Source: Candidatus Scatosoma sp. (GTDB lineage: Bacteria; Bacillota; Clostridia; Christensenellales; Borkfalkiaceae). From it: 56,941 nucleotides of DNA. Position 1 is the first letter of the stretch, and each line of letters starts with the position of its first letter. A program made the translations under genes and the position numbers. Below, one piece after another: positions 10,062 to 19,348 of this stretch. Under the pieces are notes generated by a model. It had not been told where the DNA came from, made no database searches, and was given only the letters and a program-made list of their open reading frames with translations. The DNA is taken from the NCBI GenBank assembly GCA_045611585.1, contig JAZKXM010000088.1, positions 1-56,941 of the forward strand, written 5' to 3'.

Positions 10062-10415
10062 ATGTCAGTAACTACCAATAACGCATACGGAAAAATTTCA
10101 ATATCGAATACGGCGATCGCAAAAATCGCCGCGCGTTCCGCTGTCGAATCTTATGGGATAGTGGAGGTGTATTCGCACCGTGTTGCAAAACGTCTTGTCG
10201 GGTGCAGTCTTTTGAGAAAGGGTGCGGAGAAGGCGATTAAGGTGGTTGCCTCCGGGAACAGAATTGTCATCGACGTTTCCGTCGTTGTCAAGTACGGCGT
10301 TTCTATCAGCGCCGTTGCCGATTCTTTAAAAGAAGCGGTAAAATACGACGTAGAACGCTTTACGGGGATGATTGTCTCCGCCGTAAACGTCACCGTCGTC
10401 GGGGTAAAACGGTAA
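10062..10415 (+). CDS. Asp23/Gls24 family alkaline-shock/envelope stress protein
   Basis: 117 aa; ..GKISISNTAIAKIA..A..ESYGIV.. N-terminus typical of Asp23 (YloU-like); precedes yloV as in B. subtilis. Confidence 0.85.
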   Translation: MSVTTNNAYGKISISNTAIAKIAARSAVESYGIVEVYSHRVAKRLVGCSLLRKGAEKAIKVVASGNRIVIDVSVVVKYGVSISAVADSLKEAVKYDVERFTGMIVSAVNVTVVGVKR

Positions 10416-10571
10416 TAAGGCAGCTTGCAGACGTGGGTCTGCAAGATTTTCACGCGTTCGCTGACGTATCCTGTGGTCTTTTTTGGGGTACTGTGTCAGA
10501 CGTAACGCCCTCACACGCCTTTGCGGTCGGCGCCGTAACCCTCTTAAAAAAGACCACAAGGAGCATTTACA

Positions 10572-12209
10572 ATGCATAAAACGATAAATAGTAGCGAATT
10601 TCGCAAAATGATTTTGGTTGGCGCAAAGTTGCTGGAAAACAATCGAGCAAAGGTTGACGCGCTTAACGTATTCCCCGTTCCTGACGGAGATACGGGTACA
10701 AATATGTCGCTGACGATGCAGTCGGCTGTGCGGGAGATGAACGCTTGTCCCTCCAACGCATTTTCCGAGATTTGCGACAGCGTTTCCAAGGGCGCGTTAA
10801 AGGGCGCAAGAGGAAACTCGGGGGTTATTCTCTCCCAAATCTTGAAAGGAATCTGTTCCGTTGTCCGCGCGGGCGGCGAGGTAGATACCAAAACCTTCGC
10901 AAAGGCTATGGAAGCGGGTACGAAGGTTGCCTACGGCGCAGTTGCCGTACCCAAAGAAGGGACGATCCTCACCGTCGTGCGTATGATGAGCGAGCAGGCG
11001 GGCAAGATTGCGTCCAAGAAAAAGAATTTTGAAGATTTCTTCGTCGATTTGATCGCCGCGGGCGAAAAGGCGCTGGCGTTGACGCCCGAGCTGTTGCCCG
11101 TCCTTAAAAAAGCGGGCGTAGTCGATTCGGGCGGGGTCGGTTTGATGACCATCGTAAAAGGCTTCGCAGCGGCGTTGACGGGCGAAGACGTAGAGGAAGT
11201 CGTTTCGGATACGGAAACGGAGCCAATGGAGGATTTTGGCGACAATTCGGATATTATCAACCTTGATTTGGGGGATATTCAGTTTGCATACTGCACCGAA
11301 TTCTTCATTATCAACCTGAAAAAGAGTACGACGCTTGCGGATATCGACCGTTTGCGCGAACGTTTGATGAATCTTGGCGACAGCGTCATTTGTATCGGGG
11401 ATTTAGATCTTGTAAAGGTCCACGTCCATACCAACCAGCCGGGTAAAGCGCTTACCTATGCGTTAGAGCTTGGCGAGCTGGATAGACCCAAGATTGAAAA
11501 TATGTTAGAACAAAACCGTCAGCTGAAAGCAAAGTTAGAGGCGGAAAAGAAAGAGATGGGCATGCTTGCTATTTGCGCAGGTCAAGGCCTTTCGGATATT
11601 TTCAAGGATTTGTTTGTCGATCGCATTATCGAGGGCGGTCAAACGATGAACCCCAGCGCCAGCGATATCGCTTCGGCGGCGCAAAAGATCAATGCGGAAC
11701 ACATTTTTGTATTCCCCAACAACAAAAACATCATTTTGGCGGCTGAACAGGCGAAAAACCTTGTTTCGGGCAAGACAATCCACGTTATTCCCACCAAAAA
11801 TATCCCGCAGGGCTTTGCGGCGGCGTTAGAATTTAACCCCGAGGTCAGCGTAGAAGAAAATATGGCAAACATGATCCACGCGCTTGACAACGTAAAGGCT
11901 GGTCAGGTCACCCACGCGGTGAGAAACGCCTCCTTAAACGGCTTCTCCATTAAGGAAGGGGATATCATTGGCTTGGACGACAAGAAGGTGCTTGCAAAAT
12001 CGCAAGACGTTTCCGAAACGGTGATGAAGCTGATCGGCAGAATGAAGGAAGATTTCCATCAGGTAATCACTCTCTACTACGGCGAGGATGTCAAGGAGGA
12101 GGACGCGGAAAATCTCGTGGCGGCAATCGGTGAAAAATATCCCGACTGCGACGTCGATTTCCACAGCGGCGGCCAGCCCGTGTATTACTACTTCATCTCC
12201 TTGGAGTAA
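10572..12209 (+). CDS. yloV: DAK2 domain fusion protein YloV
   Basis: 545 aa; Dak2 motif DGDTGTNM; ..RGNSGVILSQ..; DegV-like C-terminal half; asp23-yloV-recG synteny. Confidence 0.9.
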   Translation: MHKTINSSEFRKMILVGAKLLENNRAKVDALNVFPVPDGDTGTNMSLTMQSAVREMNACPSNAFSEICDSVSKGALKGARGNSGVILSQILKGICSVVRAGGEVDTKTFAKAMEAGTKVAYGAVAVPKEGTILTVVRMMSEQAGKIASKKKNFEDFFVDLIAAGEKALALTPELLPVLKKAGVVDSGGVGLMTIVKGFAAALTGEDVEEVVSDTETEPMEDFGDNSDIINLDLGDIQFAYCTEFFIINLKKSTTLADIDRLRERLMNLGDSVICIGDLDLVKVHVHTNQPGKALTYALELGELDRPKIENMLEQNRQLKAKLEAEKKEMGMLAICAGQGLSDIFKDLFVDRIIEGGQTMNPSASDIASAAQKINAEHIFVFPNNKNIILAAEQAKNLVSGKTIHVIPTKNIPQGFAAALEFNPEVSVEENMANMIHALDNVKAGQVTHAVRNASLNGFSIKEGDIIGLDDKKVLAKSQDVSETVMKLIGRMKEDFHQVITLYYGEDVKEEDAENLVAAIGEKYPDCDVDFHSGGQPVYYYFISLE

Positions 12210-12264
12210 TGAATAATTATTACAAAGGTAATGCATAAATATTACATTTAGAAAAAAAATACGT

Positions 12265-12300
12265 AAGCGGGAGGGGCGATCGGCTATCCCGCTTTTCTTT
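12265..12300 (+). terminator. intrinsic terminator after yloV
   Basis: AAGCGGGA / TCCCGCTT 8-bp stem followed by TTTTCTTT. Confidence 0.6.
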
Positions 12301-12400
12301 TCCAAAAAGGAACGAAAGTCTTTTTTTGGGCGGCGCGCTGTCTTGCGCGGCGAAATTCGGTGAAAAATAAAAAAACGGAAATAGGAGAAGGTAGGGGGCT

Positions 12401-14410
12401 ATGAAATTGTCCGCGCTTCGTTCGATAGGCGAAAAGAGGGAAAAGGAATTTCATAAATTGGGCATATTTGAGGTGGAGGATTTGATCCGCTTTTATCCGC
12501 GCGCCTATCTTGATTTAACCGAGCGCACGTCTATTTTGTCGGCGTACCATAACGATATGGTGTGGATTGCTTGCGAGGTGACGCGGCTTGCGCCCGTCAA
12601 TTATTCCAGCCGTTTAAAGGTGGTAAAGGCGTACTGTAATCAGGACGGAATTCCCTTTACCGTCGTGTGGTTTAACCAACCCTACGTCGCGCAAAAATTA
12701 AAGGCGGGCGAATATCTTTTTTATGGCAGAGTGCAAAACAAATACGGTCAAATTTCCCTCGTCAATCCCACGTTCGAGCCGTTGGATAAAAACTACCGCT
12801 TGAAGGGGATTGTTCCCGTGTACTCCTTGCGTGGCTCTCTGGGGCAAAAGGTAGTGCGGGACGCCGTGCGAGAGGCGCTGCAAAAATACCCTCTTGCCAG
12901 TGTGATCCCCAAGCCCATCGCGGACAAGTACGGTTTGTCCCCTTTGGCGAAGGCGTATTACGAGGTGCATAATCCCTCTGACCAGCGCGCGAAGGAGTTA
13001 GCCTCCGAGCGAATTGCCTTGGAAGAATTTTTTGTTTTGGTGTCCGCGTTCAAAATTATCAAGGGCGGGAAAGAGGACGTTCGTTTGCATAAATATACAG
13101 TAACGGGCGAAGAGGTAAAAGAATTCTCCAAACGCTTTGGGTTTGAATTTACGGACGGGCAAAAGAGGGCGGTCAACGACGTGTTTGAGGGCTTATATTC
13201 GCCGACGAGAATGAACCGTTTGCTGCAAGGCGACGTCGGCAGCGGTAAGACGGCGGTTGCGCTTTGCGGAATTTTTATGGCGGTGAAAAGTGGCTTTAAG
13301 GCGGCGTATCTGTCCCCGACGGAGGTGCTTGCGGCACAAAACTATACGTTGCTTACCAAATATTTCCCCGATTATACGGTGGGGTATCTTGCGGGCGGCA
13401 TGACGGCGAAAGAAAAGCGAGAGCTGAAAGCGCGGCTTGCGCGCGGCGAAATTGATATTTTGTGCGGTACGCACGCCATTTTCCAAGCAGATGTCAACAT
13501 TCCAGATCTTGCGTTTATCGTCTGCGACGAACAGCACCGCTTTGGCGTTGCCCAGCGCAACGCGCTTGCCGAAAAGGGCGCGGGTACGGATATGCTGGTG
13601 ATGAGCGCAACTCCCATTCCCCGTACTCTTTCCCTTATTTTCTATGGGGATTTGGACGTGACGACAATCACGGACAAGCCCACCGCACGGCAAGAAATCT
13701 CCACAAGTATCGTTCCCGAAAGCAAGTATGAGGATATGCTCGACTATGTGGACGGCGAAGTGGCGAAGGGTCGGCAGGCGTATTTTGTGTGCGCAAAGAT
13801 TGACGACGATGACGAAGAAGGCGCGCTGATCAGCGTGAAAGAACTGTTTGAGGAGCTGAAAAACCGCTTGCCCCGCGTTCGGTTCGGGCTGTTGCACGGC
13901 AAGATGAAGGACAAGGAAAAAACGGAGGTCATGACGGCGTTTAAACAGCGTCAGTACGATTGCCTTGTTTCCACTACGGTTGTCGAGGTGGGCGTGGATG
14001 TTCCCAACGCGACGATTATGATTATTTACAACGCCGAACGGTTTGGGCTGTCCCAGCTGCATCAGCTTCGCGGGCGGGTCGGTCGCGGCAGCGAAAAGAG
14101 CTACTGTTTCCTTTTGATGGGCTCGGAAAGCGAAACCTCGCGGGAGCGGCTGTTGACAATCAAAAACAATACGGACGGCTTTAAGATTGCGGAAAAGGAT
14201 TTGGAAATGCGCGGCGGCGGCGACTTTTTCGGCACTAGACAATCGGGCAAGATGCTGTCGGATATTAAAAATTTGCGGTATCCAACCAGCGTGATTTTTG
14301 TGGCGAAGCGGCTTTCGGACGAGGCGTTTGAGGGCAGATTTGACACCACCGAGCTTCGCGAGGCTGCGATAAAAAAATATAATAAACTGAAAGACGTCGT
14401 GTTAAATTAA
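12401..14410 (+). CDS. recG: ATP-dependent DNA helicase RecG
   Basis: 669 aa; Walker A GDVGSGKT; DEQH box; QLRGRVGRG motif VI; N-terminal wedge-type region. Confidence 0.95.
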   Translation: MKLSALRSIGEKREKEFHKLGIFEVEDLIRFYPRAYLDLTERTSILSAYHNDMVWIACEVTRLAPVNYSSRLKVVKAYCNQDGIPFTVVWFNQPYVAQKLKAGEYLFYGRVQNKYGQISLVNPTFEPLDKNYRLKGIVPVYSLRGSLGQKVVRDAVREALQKYPLASVIPKPIADKYGLSPLAKAYYEVHNPSDQRAKELASERIALEEFFVLVSAFKIIKGGKEDVRLHKYTVTGEEVKEFSKRFGFEFTDGQKRAVNDVFEGLYSPTRMNRLLQGDVGSGKTAVALCGIFMAVKSGFKAAYLSPTEVLAAQNYTLLTKYFPDYTVGYLAGGMTAKEKRELKARLARGEIDILCGTHAIFQADVNIPDLAFIVCDEQHRFGVAQRNALAEKGAGTDMLVMSATPIPRTLSLIFYGDLDVTTITDKPTARQEISTSIVPESKYEDMLDYVDGEVAKGRQAYFVCAKIDDDDEEGALISVKELFEELKNRLPRVRFGLLHGKMKDKEKTEVMTAFKQRQYDCLVSTTVVEVGVDVPNATIMIIYNAERFGLSQLHQLRGRVGRGSEKSYCFLLMGSESETSRERLLTIKNNTDGFKIAEKDLEMRGGGDFFGTRQSGKMLSDIKNLRYPTSVIFVAKRLSDEAFEGRFDTTELREAAIKKYNKLKDVVLN

Positions 14411-14460
14411 AAATTTAGTAAAAATTGTGTAAAAACAAAATATTTTTTTTCGTATAATTA

Positions 14461-14489
14461 TTGACGAATGAAAACTTTTGTAGTATAAT
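14461..14489 (+). promoter_or_regulatory. sigma-A type promoter for hisIE
   Basis: TTGACG (14461-14466), 17 nt, TATAAT (14484-14489). Confidence 0.6.
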
Positions 14490-14537
14490 AAGGATAGAAG
14501 AAAAGGCATTTAGGCTAAAAGGCAAGGAGGTTTTAAG

Positions 14538-15179
14538 ATGGCTACGGCAAAAAAGATAGAATTCGATTTTTCCAAATGCAAGTTCAATCAGGACGGTTTA
14601 ATTCCCGTCGTCGCACAGGATTATGAAAGCGGCGAGGTTTTGATGCTGGCATATATGAACGCTGAGGCGATCGAAAAAACCTTCGAAACGGGCTATGCGC
14701 ACTATTACAGTCGCTCTAAAAAATCGCTTGGGAAATTCGGCGAGGCGTTGGGGAACACCCAAAAGGTGATGGCGGCATATCTCGATCACGACAGCGACAC
14801 TCTGCTTTTGAAGGTGAAACAGAAAGGGAACGCCAACGCGGAGAAGAAAGAATTTACCTGCTTTAACGAACGGATCCTTGGCGAATACAACACCATTGGC
14901 GGCGAAATGTTCGGGCGGTTACAGCGTTTGGTCGCTTCGCATAAGCGCAACCCCGAGGAAGGCTCTTATGCCAGCTATTTGTTTGCGCGCGGCGTGGATA
15001 AGATTGCCAAAAAAGTGGGCGAAGAAGCGGTCGAGCTGGTAATCGCGGCGAAAAACGACGATAAGGAAGAGGTCATCGACGAGGCGGCGGATTTCCTTTA
15101 TCACATGATGGTATTGCTTGCGGCAAAAGGCGTCAACATTTCGGAAGTATGCGCCGAGCTGTGCAAGCGTAACCGTTGA
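14538..15179 (+). CDS. hisIE: bifunctional phosphoribosyl-AMP cyclohydrolase / phosphoribosyl-ATP pyrophosphatase (HisIE-like; HisI half divergent)
   Basis: N-terminal half IPVVAQD..SGEVLMLAYMNAEA is HisI-like. C-terminal half SY.S.L...G.DKIAKKVGEEAVE......ADFLYHMMVLL is HisE-like. Confidence 0.8.
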   Translation: MATAKKIEFDFSKCKFNQDGLIPVVAQDYESGEVLMLAYMNAEAIEKTFETGYAHYYSRSKKSLGKFGEALGNTQKVMAAYLDHDSDTLLLKVKQKGNANAEKKEFTCFNERILGEYNTIGGEMFGRLQRLVASHKRNPEEGSYASYLFARGVDKIAKKVGEEAVELVIAAKNDDKEEVIDEAADFLYHMMVLLAAKGVNISEVCAELCKRNR

Positions 15180-15221
15180 TCAAATAGGTAGCTTTCAGGT
15201 GGGCAGGCAGACGAAAAAGTG

Positions 15222-15254
15222 CGGTCGTTCCATTTTTGGGACGGCCGTTTTTGT
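15222..15254 (+). terminator. intrinsic terminator after hisIE
   Basis: CGGTCGTTCC / GGGACGGCCG stem (with G-U pairs) followed by TTTTT. Confidence 0.6.
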
Positions 15255-15490
15255 TTAGAGGATTACTAAATTGCCCCTATTTTCCAAAAATAAAAACGCA
15301 TAATTATTCATTTATAGATTTATAAAAATACATTTTTAGGACAAACACAATTCCCGTTCGTGAAAAAAATATGTTGAGTTAGAAAAGGGATAAAAAGGAT
15401 AAAATCCCCCAAAAAACGACGCAATCAGACAGAAAACCCGTCCTTCTTTTTGGTATGCTTAACCAAGCGAAAAAAAGGAGAGGAAGGGGT

Positions 15491-16261
15491 ATGGCACGGA
15501 AGATCGTCGTTACGTCGGGCAAAGGCGGGGTAGGAAAAAGCACCGTCGCGGTCGGGCTTGGGATCGCGCTGGCGCGCCGCGGGAAGCGGGTAATCCTTTG
15601 CGACGCCGATTTCGGCTTGAACAACGTGGATGTGATGACGGGGGTAGAAAACCTTGTTTCTTATGACGTGGTAGATGTGATCGAGGGTAGGTGCCGCGCA
15701 AAGCAAGCGCTTGTTCGACATCCCGATTTTATCAATTTTTACCTGCTGTCCAGCAGCCATTCCGTACCCGAACGTTACGTTTCGCCGCAGGCGTTAAAGC
15801 TGGTTTTGGACGCCCTATCCCCGCAGTTTGATTTTATTTTGATCGACTGTCCCGCGGGGGTTGACGAGGGCTTTCACCGCGCGGTGGCGGCAGCGGACGA
15901 GGCGTTAGTGGTGACAACGGCGCACGTTACCGCGTTGCGGGACGCGGATAAGGTGATTACTCTTTTAAAAAGCTACGAACCGCAATCCCTCTCCTTGGTT
16001 GTCAATCGGGTGCGAGGGGATATGCTGATCGCGGGCGAATGTCTATCTCCTGACGAGATTGGGCGGCTGTTAAAGACGGAAATTTTGGGGATTTTACCCG
16101 AATCCTACGATCTGTACAAAAGCCGATTTACGGGCAACAATTACCCCTTTCGGGTGCTGTCGGGCAATCTTTTGACGGGCAAACGAAAGCTGTACGACGC
16201 CACCAAAAAATACAGCGGCGTTTTGGGTAGGATACGCAGAGCGTTTTTAAAGGAGTTATAG
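15491..16261 (+). CDS. minD: septum site-determining ATPase MinD
   Basis: Deviant Walker A GKGGVGKST; C-terminal amphipathic helix GVLGRIRRAFLKEL. ATG at 15491 has an AAGGAGAGGAAGGGG RBS, so it is preferred over the upstream in-frame ATG at 15455. Confidence 0.9.
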   Translation: MARKIVVTSGKGGVGKSTVAVGLGIALARRGKRVILCDADFGLNNVDVMTGVENLVSYDVVDVIEGRCRAKQALVRHPDFINFYLLSSSHSVPERYVSPQALKLVLDALSPQFDFILIDCPAGVDEGFHRAVAAADEALVVTTAHVTALRDADKVITLLKSYEPQSLSLVVNRVRGDMLIAGECLSPDEIGRLLKTEILGILPESYDLYKSRFTGNNYPFRVLSGNLLTGKRKLYDATKKYSGVLGRIRRAFLKEL

Positions 16262-16264
16262 ACA

Positions 16265-16498
16265 ATGCGGACGTCAAGGGAAGATTACGCGCGTGTAAAC
16301 AGCGTGATACAAGCGGATAAATCGGTGATGAGCGACGGCTGCAAAATGCTTGTTTTGCAGGACTTCGCCAAAAAATTTGAAGAATATTTCAACCTGCAAA
16401 CTCCGCCGAATATGGAGATTGTATTCACCAAAGGCGGGTACGACGTTACCGTTCGGTTTCGCGCGGAGCGGGTTAAAAAATTTAACGTGCTGAAATAG
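16265..16498 (+). CDS. MinE-like topological specificity factor (tentative)
   Basis: 77 aa, starts 3 nt after the minD stop. The pattern ..ARVNSVIQADKS..(helix)..MEIVFTKGGYDVTVRF.. resembles the MinE C-terminal domain, but the N-terminal membrane-targeting segment is not evident. Confidence 0.5.
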   Translation: MRTSREDYARVNSVIQADKSVMSDGCKMLVLQDFAKKFEEYFNLQTPPNMEIVFTKGGYDVTVRFRAERVKKFNVLK

Positions 16499-16588
16499 AT
16501 TTCAGCGGGCAAAATACGGGATATACGTAAGGACTATACGCAAGGCGAAACGCCGTAAAAAATATAAAAACGAAAGGAGAAAACCATT

Positions 16589-17470
16589 ATGGAAAAAAGA
16601 CAGTTTGCAATCGTGACGGATTCCTGTTGCGATATGGAGGAAAGTTACTACGAGGTGCACGGGATCGACTACGTAAAGCTTGGCTTTACGATGAATAACG
16701 TCAATTACGGCGGGGAGGACGGCGAAAAGATTGCCGTCAAGGATTTTTACGAAAAGATGAAGGAGGGCGCGATGCCCACCACCTATCAGGTAACTAGCGA
16801 ATCCGCCAAAGAACATATCGAAACGCACCTGCAAAAGGGGAAGGACGTGTTGGTGCTTACCTTTTCTTCGGGGCTGTCGGGGACGAACGGCAGTTTTGTT
16901 GTTGCGGCGCGCGCGTTATCGGAAAAATACCCCGATCGCAAAATTTTCGTCGTCGATTCCCTTTGCGCTTGTATGGGGCAGGGTCTGCTGTTAGATTATT
17001 TGGTTAGAAAAGCGGACGAAGGGGGGACGATCGAGGCGGCACGCGATTATATCGAAGGGTTAAAGCTGAAAATTTGCCACCATTTCACGGTCGATAATCT
17101 GTTCCACTTAAAGCGTGGCGGCAGAGTGTCGGGGGTTACCGCAATCGTCGGATCGCTGTTAAAAATCAAGCCCGTAATGCACGTCAACGACGAGGGAAAA
17201 TTGATTGTCGTAGGCAAGAGTATGGGTAGAAAAAAGGCGATTGCAACGCTGGTAGAAAATATGATGAAAACGCAAGAGGTGGGGGAAAACGACCCTATCT
17301 ATATTGCGCACGGCGACTGTATCGAGGACGCGGAATATTTGAAGAGCTTGGTTTTGCAAAAATTCCCCAACGCGCAGGTGACGATCGGGTATATCGGGGC
17401 GGTAATCGGTGCGCACTCAGGCAACGGCACGCTGGCGTTGTTCAATATCGGCAAAACGCGCGCCCTGTAA
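16589..17470 (+). CDS. DegV family fatty-acid-binding protein
   Basis: 293 aa; FAIVTDSCCDM start and ..SSGLSGT.. motif typical of DegV. Confidence 0.9.
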   Translation: MEKRQFAIVTDSCCDMEESYYEVHGIDYVKLGFTMNNVNYGGEDGEKIAVKDFYEKMKEGAMPTTYQVTSESAKEHIETHLQKGKDVLVLTFSSGLSGTNGSFVVAARALSEKYPDRKIFVVDSLCACMGQGLLLDYLVRKADEGGTIEAARDYIEGLKLKICHHFTVDNLFHLKRGGRVSGVTAIVGSLLKIKPVMHVNDEGKLIVVGKSMGRKKAIATLVENMMKTQEVGENDPIYIAHGDCIEDAEYLKSLVLQKFPNAQVTIGYIGAVIGAHSGNGTLALFNIGKTRAL

Positions 17471-17502
17471 TAATTTTGCAAAAATATACAAAAACAAAAT
17501 CA

Positions 17503-17541
17503 GCCGACTGAGCGAAAAAAACGCTCGGTCGGCGCTTTTTT
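17503..17541 (+). terminator. intrinsic terminator after degV
   Basis: GCCGACTGAGCG / CGCTCGGTCGGC 12-bp stem (one G-U) followed by CTTTTTT. Confidence 0.75.
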
Positions 17542-17616
17542 GTCCTAAAAAATAAAAATTTTTCGTCGTGGCGAAAGAAAACGAAATTCTTACGAAATAA
17601 ATTTTCTTTGAAACAC

Positions 17617-17645
17617 TTGACCAAACTGCGTTTAGAGCGTATAAT
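17617..17645 (+). promoter_or_regulatory. sigma-A type promoter for nagB
   Basis: TTGACC (17617-17622), 17 nt, TATAAT (17640-17645). Confidence 0.6.
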
Positions 17646-17684
17646 AAAAGGGAAAGCAAATAAAAAAACGCGAGGTAAACAGCA

Positions 17685-18407
17685 ATGAAAGTTATCATCA
17701 CCGAAAATTATGAAGAAATGAGTGCGAAAGCCGCGGAAATCCTGACGGAAATCGTAAAAAACAATCCCAACGCAACGTTGGGTTTGGCGACGGGTTCCAG
17801 CCCTATCGGCACCTATCAAAACATGATCAAGGACCATAAGGAAAACGGCACTTCTTACAAAAACGTACATACCGTCAACTTGGACGAATACGTAGGTCTT
17901 AACGCCGATCACGACCAAAGCTACGCGTATTTTATGCGGGACAATTTGTTCAATCATATCGACGTATTGCCTGAAAACACCAACGTTCCTTCGGGCGTTG
18001 CAAAGGATTTAAAGGCAGAATGCGACAGATACAACGCATTGCTTGACGAATACAAGCAGGACGTTCAGCTGTTGGGCTTGGGTTCTAACGGGCATATCGG
18101 GTTTAACGAGCCTGGAACGCCGTTTGATTCGGTAACGCATTTGGTAGATTTGACGGAAAACACGATCAAGGATAATTCCCGTTTGTTTGCGTCCATTGAC
18201 GAAGTTCCCCGTCAGGCGTTGTCGATGGGTATCAAAAACATTATGAACGCAAAGAGCATTTTGGTCGTCGTATCGGGCGCAAACAAAGCGAAAGCGGTAT
18301 ATGGAATGGTTAAAGGGGAAATCACGCCCAACCTTCCCGCGTCGGTATTGCAGCTGCACCCGTTTGTGACGGTGATATGCGATAAGGCGGCGGCAAGCTT
18401 GCTTTAA
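17685..18407 (+). CDS. nagB: glucosamine-6-phosphate deaminase
   Basis: 240 aa; LGLATGSSP and LLGLGSNGHIGFNEPG motifs. Confidence 0.95.
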   Translation: MKVIITENYEEMSAKAAEILTEIVKNNPNATLGLATGSSPIGTYQNMIKDHKENGTSYKNVHTVNLDEYVGLNADHDQSYAYFMRDNLFNHIDVLPENTNVPSGVAKDLKAECDRYNALLDEYKQDVQLLGLGSNGHIGFNEPGTPFDSVTHLVDLTENTIKDNSRLFASIDEVPRQALSMGIKNIMNAKSILVVVSGANKAKAVYGMVKGEITPNLPASVLQLHPFVTVICDKAAASLL

Positions 18408-18492
18408 AAACGACGTATCTACGTTGCAATACAGCGTTGCGCTGTGGCAACCCTCGGTCATTCCGCAAGCTCCGCTTGCGCTAAATCAAAAT

Positions 18493-18526
18493 AAAAAAGC
18501 CGCAGGTTTTCCTGCGACTTTTTTTA
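18493..18526. terminator. bidirectional terminator between nagB and the Zn-ribbon gene
   Basis: A-run, then GCCGCAGG/CCTGCGAC hairpin, then T-run (AAAAAAGCCGCAGGTTTTCCTGCGACTTTTTTT). Confidence 0.7.
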
Positions 18527-18534
18527 CGTTCAGT

Positions 18535-18864
18535 TTAAGATAAGAACGGCAAGCAAGGGGTTGAAATGGTCATACTGCCTATCAAAGACCCCAAAATAAC
18601 TCCGTAAATAATCCCTAAAACAACGGATACGATTACGGAAACAAGCGCACCCTTTCCTGCGCTTTTTGCGCGAAGGGGATATTCTTCTTTCCACATTAAA
18701 AACAATATCAGTCCAACAATAGGAATAAAAAATCCTAACAATGCATATCCAATGCTAGATTCGTCTTTTCCCTTTACGGCATTTCCTTTCCCTGTCGAGC
18801 AACCGCAATTCGGGCAAATTACCGCATTGTCGTTGATTTCTTTTCCGCAAGTTTTGCAATACAT
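18535..18864 (-). CDS. zinc-ribbon domain membrane protein
   Basis: 109 aa; N-terminal CKTC..(11)..CPNC zinc ribbon followed by two hydrophobic helices; RBS GGAGG. Confidence 0.75.
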   Translation of the reverse strand: MYCKTCGKEINDNAVICPNCGCSTGKGNAVKGKDESSIGYALLGFFIPIVGLILFLMWKEEYPLRAKSAGKGALVSVIVSVVLGIIYGVILGSLIGSMTISTPCLPFLS

Positions 18865-18995
18865 AAAACAACCTCCAAAAATTCTTCTTTTGATTAGATT
18901 TTCTAATCTTCGACATAATTATAGTATAAAAAACTTAATAAGTCAAGATTTTTGAATAGGTTTTTTGATATTTTTATGACAAAGAGGAGAATACA

Positions 18996-19307
18996 ATGAT
19001 TAGATTACTTGAACTTCGTTCGGAGAAAGGAATATCGCAGCGGGAAATGGCAAAAATCATGACCGTCAGCCAAGGAACATATAACAACTGGGAAAATGAG
19101 CGGACACAACCTTCGATTGAGCAGTTGATTGCACTTGCGGAATTTTTTGCGGTCAGCGTAGATTATTTGATTGGCAAAACGGAAGATTATGAAGTAAGCG
19201 AAAAAACGGATTATTTTTCCGAAGAAGAAAAAGGGCTTGTACGCCGCTACCGTCGGCTAAACGATGAAGCGAAGCAATCCCTATTGCTGTTTTTAGAAAA
19301 CATATAG
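18996..19307 (+). CDS. XRE (Cro/C1-type) helix-turn-helix transcriptional regulator
   Basis: 103 aa; LRSEKGISQREMAKIMTVSQGTYNNWENERTQPSIEQLIALAEFF is a classic HTH_3 pattern; RBS AGAGGAG. Confidence 0.85.
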   Translation: MIRLLELRSEKGISQREMAKIMTVSQGTYNNWENERTQPSIEQLIALAEFFAVSVDYLIGKTEDYEVSEKTDYFSEEEKGLVRRYRRLNDEAKQSLLLFLENI

Positions 19308-19314
19308 ATAAAAT

Positions 19315-19348
19315 CAAAAAACCCTTGGGTCAGTTCCCAAGGGTTTTT
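19315..19348. terminator. bidirectional terminator shared by the XRE gene and trmO
   Basis: AAAAAA, then CCCTTGGG (19322-19329) / CCCAAGGG (19336-19343), then TTTTT. Overlaps the trmO stop codon. Confidence 0.7.

Noticed and set aside
13193-14242. 349-aa ORF on the minus strand inside recG
   Set aside because: It is fully antisense to a motif-rich, clearly real gene (recG). The translation is Arg/His/Ala-rich with no motif or RBS, which is typical of a shadow ORF of GC-rich codons.
15455-15490. Upstream in-frame ATG extending minD by 12 codons
   Set aside because: MinD proteins start just before the GKGGVGKST loop. ATG 15491 is preceded by AAGGAGAGGAAGGGG.
17417-17957. Minus-strand ORFs (94 and 171 aa) across the degV-nagB spacer and the nagB 5' end
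   Set aside because: They overlap a terminator, a promoter and the real nagB coding region, and they have no motifs.
18423-18480. Two nested hairpins after nagB (GTTGC..CAGCG/CGCTG..GCAAC and GCAAGC/GCTTGC) that could be a REP-like element or small RNA
   Set aside because: There is no second copy in the window to support a repeat family and no promoter. It is most simply part of the nagB 3' UTR upstream of the real terminator.
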